From an uncultured Planctomycetales bacterium (GTDB lineage Bacteria > Omnitrophota > Gorgyraeia > Zapsychrales > JANLHA01): 64,000 nt of DNA. Both the position numbers and the translations under genes were made by a program. Below are positions 58,138-64,000 of the stretch, piece after piece. Every line of letters starts with the position of its first letter. The stretch's first letter is position 1. The stretch covers positions 16,561-80,560 of the forward strand of contig CAZQQI010000008.1 of assembly GCA_964595465.1 (NCBI GenBank). Direction: 5' to 3'. The notes under the pieces are model-generated. The model made no database searches. It saw nothing but the letters and a program-made list of their open reading frames with translations, and was not told where the DNA came from.

Positions 58138-59960
58138 AACACGTCCATATTTTACCTCCGGAAATTATCAGCAAGATCGCTGCCGGCGAGGTCATTGACC
58201 GTCCGGCCTCCGTGATCAAAGAACTCCTGGAAAACTCCCTGGACGCCGGTGCCGGCCGTATTGAGATCGAACTGACCCAGGCCGGAAAGGCTGAAATAAC
58301 GATCCGCGATAACGGCTCAGGGATCCCGCAGGAAGACATGAAAACCATTTTTCACCGGCACGCCACCAGCAAGATCACAAAAGCGGATGACCTTTTCGAC
58401 ATCCATTCCCTCGGGTTCCGCGGGGAGGCGCTCTACAGTATCTGCTCGGTGGCGGATATCGTTCTGCGCAGCAAGACGGCCGGCCAGGACAACGCCTGGG
58501 AGATCCATGTCCGCGGCGGAGACCGCCTGGCCCTCAAACCGGTTCCCGCCAATAACGGCACCGAGATCACGGTCAAAGAACTCTTTTTTAATACCCCCGC
58601 CCGGCGGAAATTTCTGAAAACGAACACCAGCGAAATGAACCGGATCCTGAACACGGTTATCCCGTATTGCCTGCTCTATCCTCAAAAATCCTTTACACTG
58701 ACCCATGGGGAAAAATCCGTGCTGGATCTTCCTCCCGCGGAATCCACAAAACACCGTGCCGCCGCGGTTCTCAATCTGGATCCGAACTGTATGATCAAAG
58801 CTCAAAAGACCCTGCCGGACAAAGGTGTTTCAATACGCGCGGTCCTGGGCGACATTAACATCTCCCGTTCCCGCCGGGACATGCAGTACCTCTTTATTAA
58901 CGGCCGGCCCGTACAGAATAAAAACATCAGCTTTCATATGAACGATGTCTACCGTCTCATCCTGCCGCCGCGTCATTTTCCGTTTTTCTGCCTTTTTATT
59001 GATATGCCCGCCGGCGATCTGGACGTTAATATCCACCCGACCAAACGCGAGGTCAAGATCCGTGACGAACAGACATTGGCCAAACATCTGCGCCGCCTGT
59101 GCGAAGACGCCCTGATGCAGGCCAGCCGTCCCAAGCAGGCAGCATATGAGCCGGCGCAGGAACCCGCGGGAGAACGTCCGTCGGTACGCGAGTGGATCGA
59201 CAAGGCCCTGAAAGACCAGGGGCGCGCCCATGAACAAATCGAAAAAAGTTTCGATGATCTCCCTGTCCCCGGAACGGGTCAGACCCCTTCGGGGGACAGA
59301 GCGCCGCACCAGCGGCCGACCGAGGCGCATACCATCCCGGAATACAGCGCGCCGGAGGAATTTTCCCAGCACCTCTTCAGCCAAAAACAGGACTCCCTGC
59401 GCGAACAGCTCAACGCGGCCCGCTTCAGCGGAATATTCCGCAGCACCTATCTCTTTTTTGAATCCGGCAAGACATTGCTGATCATTGACCAGCATGCGGC
59501 CCAGGAACGGATCATGTTTGAACAGCTCATCGCTCAGATGCGGAGAGGAAAGCTCGAGGTCCAGCGCCTGCTCAGCCCGTATCTGGTCAGCGCGACCGTG
59601 CAGGAAATGACAGTCTGGCAGGAGGCTCAGGAACGATTTTCAGAATTGGGGTTTGAAAGCAGTGCCTTTGATGAAACCACGATCGCGGTGCATACCCATC
59701 CCGCGCTGGTGCAGGAACCGGAGACCGCCTTCCGCGAACTTCTGGCTGAGGGGGATATCGCCCGCTGTGACCATGAGACCCTGGCCCGGCGGGCCTGCCG
59801 TGCCTCGGTGATGGCCGGCGACCGGCTGAACGCTGAGCAGGCGGACTATCAGCGCGAACAGCTTCTGCAGTGCAAAGACCCCTTCACCTGCCCCCACGGC
59901 CGCCCGACCGTGATCGAAATGACAGAAGATTTTCTCCGGAAGCAATTCCTGCGGACTTAA
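58134..59960 (+). CDS. mutL: DNA mismatch repair endonuclease MutL
   Basis: IAAGEVIDRP, DNGSGI, GFRGEAL, DVNIHPTK, DQHAAQER, CPHGRP. Confidence 0.98.
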   Translation: MKHVHILPPEIISKIAAGEVIDRPASVIKELLENSLDAGAGRIEIELTQAGKAEITIRDNGSGIPQEDMKTIFHRHATSKITKADDLFDIHSLGFRGEALYSICSVADIVLRSKTAGQDNAWEIHVRGGDRLALKPVPANNGTEITVKELFFNTPARRKFLKTNTSEMNRILNTVIPYCLLYPQKSFTLTHGEKSVLDLPPAESTKHRAAAVLNLDPNCMIKAQKTLPDKGVSIRAVLGDINISRSRRDMQYLFINGRPVQNKNISFHMNDVYRLILPPRHFPFFCLFIDMPAGDLDVNIHPTKREVKIRDEQTLAKHLRRLCEDALMQASRPKQAAYEPAQEPAGERPSVREWIDKALKDQGRAHEQIEKSFDDLPVPGTGQTPSGDRAPHQRPTEAHTIPEYSAPEEFSQHLFSQKQDSLREQLNAARFSGIFRSTYLFFESGKTLLIIDQHAAQERIMFEQLIAQMRRGKLEVQRLLSPYLVSATVQEMTVWQEAQERFSELGFESSAFDETTIAVHTHPALVQEPETAFRELLAEGDIARCDHETLARRACRASVMAGDRLNAEQADYQREQLLQCKDPFTCPHGRPTVIEMTEDFLRKQFLRT

Positions 59961-59994
59961 CAATCATTCAAACTCATAGCTGTCTAAATTAGGA

Positions 59995-60030
59995 TTCCCT
60001 CCCCCTTGTGGGGAGGGTTAGGGAGGGGGA
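59995..60030. repeat. REP-like C-rich/G-rich hairpin with G-quadruplex potential
   Basis: ccctcccc-cttgt-ggggaggg-tta-gggaggggg. Confidence 0.65.
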
Positions 60031-60036
60031 TCTCGG

Positions 60037-60200
60037 AAAAAATGGTGTCGAATCTCACAGCTTATTTATTTTAAGTTATTTATAAGTAATTCCTAAATAA
60101 AAGGCAATTTTTTCCAAAATTAAAACAGAATGGCGTCTCTTTTGAATTAATCATACTCGTCTTAATTTCAATGAGTTATGAAATCCGACACCATTTTTTT
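60037..60200. mobile_element. 164-bp AT-rich non-coding element with 21-bp terminal inverted repeats, copy 2 (MITE/REP-like)
   Basis: aaaaaatggtgtcgaatctca (60037-57) / tgaaatccgacaccatttttt (60179-99), 19/21 complementary. Confidence 0.65.
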
Positions 60201-60633
60201 CTGGCCACCGCTGTTCTTCTCCGGCATGCACATTTTGCCAGATCCCGCGGTATAAATCATACAAATAATCCGGCTCCTGTCTTAAGCGGAAAGGATCTAT
60301 ACGCACATACGGCTCAAACGGAGAACGGAAAATCATATCAATGCCTTTTATCGAAACCTCACGTATACGCTTTTCAATTTGACACAAATGCTCTTTCAGC
60401 TCTGAAGGATACTCCCGTGGATTTTTAATACGCGTCGCCGGTTCCAATATGACATCCATATCTGATCCCGCGGTCAACGCGCCGATGGAAAAACTACCGC
60501 CAAGATAAATAAAAATACCGTCGCTGTCCTGTAGTACGGAAACAGCCTTCGCGATCTTTTTCTGCTGAGTGTTAAGCAGATCCTTCAGCAGCGGATCATT
60601 GATCGATAGGATCGGTCGCCCCTTGCGGTTCAA
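60151..60633 (-). CDS. Pol-beta-fold minimal nucleotidyltransferase domain protein; possibly the frameshifted last domain of the upstream polyprotein
   Basis: IYLGGSFSIGALTAGSDMDVIL (hGS-x-DhD) and a later ID; TTG start overlaps the upstream TGA; 3' end lies inside the TIR element. Confidence 0.65.
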   Translation of the reverse strand: MNRKGRPILSINDPLLKDLLNTQQKKIAKAVSVLQDSDGIFIYLGGSFSIGALTAGSDMDVILEPATRIKNPREYPSELKEHLCQIEKRIREVSIKGIDMIFRSPFEPYVRIDPFRLRQEPDYLYDLYRGIWQNVHAGEEQRWPEKNGVGFHNSLKLRRV

Positions 60634-63600
60634 CGGCGGCCGTTTAAGCGCCTCCTTTCTACAGCCCGTTGAGCCAGTGCCTGGATCAGCCGGCCGTTGC
60701 ACGTAACAGCCAAACGCGCATCAATATACTGAACAGCCCCGATACGGGCACGGCTGAGTTCTGTGCTGTTTGCAAAAAACGCGACATCACTTTTCCACGC
60801 TAAATCCACGAAATGCTGAAAATGCTTCCGAAACCGCATCTTCCCTTTTTCATCATCATAGACATCCTCAACCTCAGCACCAACAATCACGTCAATGTCC
60901 AGATCAAAGACATCCAGAGACTGATCGTGCTCAGCCTCAAGCATATGCAATTCTGCCGGCACCGGCATACGCAGCAGTCTGTGGTCGTCCGGGTCCTGAT
61001 CCAGACGGTATTTGCGGATATTTTTAATAAGGCCGAGATCAACCAGACCACTAAGATAATTATGACTTTTCAATACGCGGGCCGCCCAACGACGGATCAT
61101 TTGCCAACCATCCAGAGCCGGTCTTTTCACATGGTATCCATAAATATCATTATGAGCGTCCAGATAACCCCAGCGAAGCCCGCCGTCGCGTATGATATCC
61201 GCGATCTTCTCCTGATAATGATCACACAGACACACCGGAACCAGGCCGTGCTGTCCGACCCAATAAACTCTCCGTCCGTCAGCCAGCCGTATCTCAAGGT
61301 AATGTCCCGCTCCTACAGCGTATCCGGTCCGATTGATCCGCACATGACTCACGATCCACTGCTCATTCTGCTCCGGTCGGACATTGATCTCACGCTGGAT
61401 GATATCCGCCTCCGGAAAAATAAAATCCTGCGGTATATGAACATCGATTTTCTGCCCTATATCAGCTGCTGCCCCGGCTTTTTGTGATATCGCGCCGCGT
61501 CTTTCCCCCGCCCCGTCATGGAACGGGACACTGAACACGACCAATACCAGTGCCGCGGCAAGAGCAACACCAATGAGTATCCAAGAATGCGTCACGGCGG
61601 CGGTCATCCCGGCCGGAAGGGCAAAAAGTGCCAACACATTGAACGACACAAAACCGGACGCAGAGGTTTTCCGATTATGCGATCTCTCCGCCGAAGGATT
61701 TACGGCCCCATTTACAGCATCATCTGGCTCACGATCTTCATCCCCGCCTTGATTATCTGTTGCCAAAAAACGAGCCGCTTGCCGTGCAGATATCTTTGTG
61801 ATCCGGGCCCGCACCCGCCGGAACTTCCGTTCCTGTTCCGCTAAAAAAGGCACGGAGCCGTTTGTGCTGATAAGCCGGCCCAGCTCCAGGCGGATATTCT
61901 TTCGATGTTTTTCCGCCGCGTCTACAACTAAGGGTGACGCAACATACTGGTTGCCAAATTGACCGGCTGTCAGATCCATAGCAGCATCTTTGTCTTCAAG
62001 TTTTAAAACCGGATAGACATGCAGGGTTTCTCCGGCGACCACAATATGCTCCCGGAACATTTCCCGATTATAAATGCCGGCATCGATGCCGCTTTGCCGG
62101 GCGGCTCCAAGAAGACAGTCACAAACTGTGAAACAAAGGCCGCATCCCGCAAAAAAAGAACGCGATAATATTGTGTAGTCGCCCCTCCTCCCGTCAATAA
62201 CCGCCAAATATCTTTCAGCATGGTTCAGCTTCCGCAACAGCACCAGAATAAGGTCCTGCTGCTGTTCAAAAATCCGCCGCAAATGTTTCATGGTCCCGGG
62301 CCCTGTGCGAAAATCCTCAAAACAGCCCTGAAACACTTCTGTCAAACGCCGTTCTACTGCGGCCTTCTTGTCCTGGTATCTGTTCCTTATACCTTTTTCA
62401 GAGGAAAACCCTGTATTCTCATTGGCTTGAGAACGCTCCTTTTGGCATATTGTCTTCAAACTTTGCTCGGTTCCCTGGCGGGAAAAGATCGTTTCAAGAC
62501 CCTGATCTTTCAGACCCAAAGTAAGTTGTTGTTTCAAACACGGCCAATCTCCCCACCCCTGCTTGAACATAATATCGGTGCCGTTCTCATAGAGCAGCCG
62601 GATATTTTTGCGCTGTTCGCGGCTTCCTGCCGGCCCTTGAGGCAAGCCGACCATAATCCCGGACAATTCTTTTAAGGCCTCGCCGCCATCGATCCAATCA
62701 TTAAAACTGATGATCCGATGGGCAGGGAACTGATCTTGTAAATAGCGGAAAGCAATATCTTTGCGGTGATCAGTGTCCTGCCCGCTTCCCAAATGGGCAA
62801 CGTCTTCCCGCGTGATCACGCGGTCAGCCGGAACGAGTTCAAGCACGCCGGCCTGCTCCAACTGGCGGAGAATGGCGCTGCGTGACGCGCGTGAATCCGT
62901 CAAAATATAGCTGGGAATATGGAGTGCCGTAACATCCCGCATGGCATCCAGTACACCGGGCATTAATACCGGAACATGTTTCTCGGCAAATTTTCCGCGC
63001 TCCTCCTGCATGACACGGACAAATTGCTGTTCATCAACCCCGCATTCTTTCATCATCGCAGACCAGGATTCTGAGGCATCCAGTTCTGCAAGATGTTCTT
63101 CAACCCACTTCAGGGCATCCTGATTGGAGATTTCCCTAAACGCCTTCAGGACATGCGCAAATTCCTGTTTCCAGGTCGGACGAAAGATCGTGCCGTGGAT
63201 ATCGAACACGGCCAGATAAGCATTTCGCTGAAGGGGATCAGGTGCTAATTCAATCCTGTTGATATTCGGAGGAAATCTATTGGATTTAAAAGGCGGGCCG
63301 CGGGGCTCCGGGACCATTCGAGCGGTCATAACCACAGCAAGGGCCGCGGCAAGAATGACCCAAAGCCAGGCCGGAACAATCACCCCGCCGGCAATGCCGG
63401 TCATAACTGCCAAAGACATGCCGGAAATAAATCCTTGCCGGCGATGATCCCCAAGCTGGCGCGGATGATTTCTCCTGTCCGATTCTCGCTGCCCATCATC
63501 TCTATGTTTTTGTTCCTGCCTGTTTCTATTGCCCCGCAAACAGCAGCATTCTTCTAAAAACCTGCCGGCCGCCAGCAAAGCCCGGATCCGCATAACTTCT

Positions 63601-63998
63601 GCCGAATTCCAAACTTCTGAAAAAGGCTTCCGGCTTAATGGAGATGAAATTTCTGTATTCGGAAGATTAAAGCATGGGATCAAGGCCCCGCAAAAATCAA
63701 TGTTCGCCTCTGTCTCCAGCAGGCAGGGCTTATTCATTTCTGCCGCAAAATCCCAAACATAAAGTCCGATTCCGTATTTTGCGGCTTCTTCATGCATACG
63801 ATCCAGCACGCCATCGCGCAGTGAACGATACGAGACATCAACGCCGTCCAATCGATATCGGTTTTCCAGAAAACGAAGTTCCAAATAACGGGCACCGATC
63901 TGCCGACAAAATTGCGGCATCTCATGAAGCGTTCTCAAATTGTATGCGTTAGCAACCGTGTTGATCCAAACCGGAATGCCGGCTTCTCTGTGAAATAT
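60630..63998 (-). CDS. C-terminal part of a large multi-domain membrane protein, open to the window edge: rSAM/SPASM - TM - HAD - papain-like - TM - arginase/UPF0489-like
   Basis: Frame stays open past the track start (IFHREAGIPVWINTVANAYNL...); motifs PC...IDFCGALIPC...EVWNS...CCC, AVFDIHGT, GLCFTV...LHVY...MDLTAGQF, YLDAHND...FDLDID. Confidence 0.8.
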   Translation of the reverse strand: MFHREAGIPVWINTVANAYNLRTLHEMPQFCRQIGARYLELRFLENRYRLDGVDVSYRSLRDGVLDRMHEEAAKYGIGLYVWDFAAEMNKPCLLETEANIDFCGALIPCFNLPNTEISSPLSRKPFSEVWNSAEVMRIRALLAAGRFLEECCCLRGNRNRQEQKHRDDGQRESDRRNHPRQLGDHRRQGFISGMSLAVMTGIAGGVIVPAWLWVILAAALAVVMTARMVPEPRGPPFKSNRFPPNINRIELAPDPLQRNAYLAVFDIHGTIFRPTWKQEFAHVLKAFREISNQDALKWVEEHLAELDASESWSAMMKECGVDEQQFVRVMQEERGKFAEKHVPVLMPGVLDAMRDVTALHIPSYILTDSRASRSAILRQLEQAGVLELVPADRVITREDVAHLGSGQDTDHRKDIAFRYLQDQFPAHRIISFNDWIDGGEALKELSGIMVGLPQGPAGSREQRKNIRLLYENGTDIMFKQGWGDWPCLKQQLTLGLKDQGLETIFSRQGTEQSLKTICQKERSQANENTGFSSEKGIRNRYQDKKAAVERRLTEVFQGCFEDFRTGPGTMKHLRRIFEQQQDLILVLLRKLNHAERYLAVIDGRRGDYTILSRSFFAGCGLCFTVCDCLLGAARQSGIDAGIYNREMFREHIVVAGETLHVYPVLKLEDKDAAMDLTAGQFGNQYVASPLVVDAAEKHRKNIRLELGRLISTNGSVPFLAEQERKFRRVRARITKISARQAARFLATDNQGGDEDREPDDAVNGAVNPSAERSHNRKTSASGFVSFNVLALFALPAGMTAAVTHSWILIGVALAAALVLVVFSVPFHDGAGERRGAISQKAGAAADIGQKIDVHIPQDFIFPEADIIQREINVRPEQNEQWIVSHVRINRTGYAVGAGHYLEIRLADGRRVYWVGQHGLVPVCLCDHYQEKIADIIRDGGLRWGYLDAHNDIYGYHVKRPALDGWQMIRRWAARVLKSHNYLSGLVDLGLIKNIRKYRLDQDPDDHRLLRMPVPAELHMLEAEHDQSLDVFDLDIDVIVGAEVEDVYDDEKGKMRFRKHFQHFVDLAWKSDVAFFANSTELSRARIGAVQYIDARLAVTCNGRLIQALAQRAVERRRLNGRR

Positions 63999-64000
63999 CT

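Noticed and set aside
60580-60632. TGA read-through (selenocysteine or recoding) of the polyprotein stop
   Set aside because: The same frame meets another TGA 15 codons later, and TGA acts as a normal stop in many genes here

Overview
A moderately GC-rich, gene-dense bacterial chromosome segment. Gene content and style (TMTC-like and YfhO GT-C glycosyltransferases, histone-H1-like proteins, TsaC-phosphatase and PurS-PurL fusions, the tail of a large mosaic enzyme polyprotein) suggest the PVC superphylum, probably Candidatus Omnitrophota; this is inferred from the sequence, not from a database search. About 60 kb is housekeeping: hflX/miaA, an ECF sigma/anti-sigma pair, CCA enzyme, nrdR-glyA-rpiB-tsaC, purBCL-LOG-purQMDE, hemW, an SLC12-type cotransporter, pgi, mnmA, bioD/birA, tRNA-Ala(GGC), tRNA-Leu(CAA), rlmN, accA, an L,D-transpeptidase, comM, trmO, tatAC and mutSL. 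The most unusual signals are: (1) at the right edge, the C-terminal >1100 aa of an open-ended polyprotein with unrelated enzyme domains (radical SAM/SPASM, HAD, papain-like Cys-His-Asp, arginase/UPF0489-like) separated by two similar basic-G|F-hydrophobic spacers and followed by an overlapping nucleotidyltransferase ORF; (2) a ~165-bp non-coding element with terminal inverted repeats, present twice (51.7 kb and 60.0 kb) next to accessory genes; (3) an ORF6N gene with a perfect DNA palindrome inside its coding sequence, followed by a palindrome-rich non-coding tract; (4) a 19-bp antisense copy of the tRNA-Leu 5' end in its own leader; (5) several promoters placed to give leaderless mRNAs. No CRISPR array, rRNA, integrase or transposase was seen.
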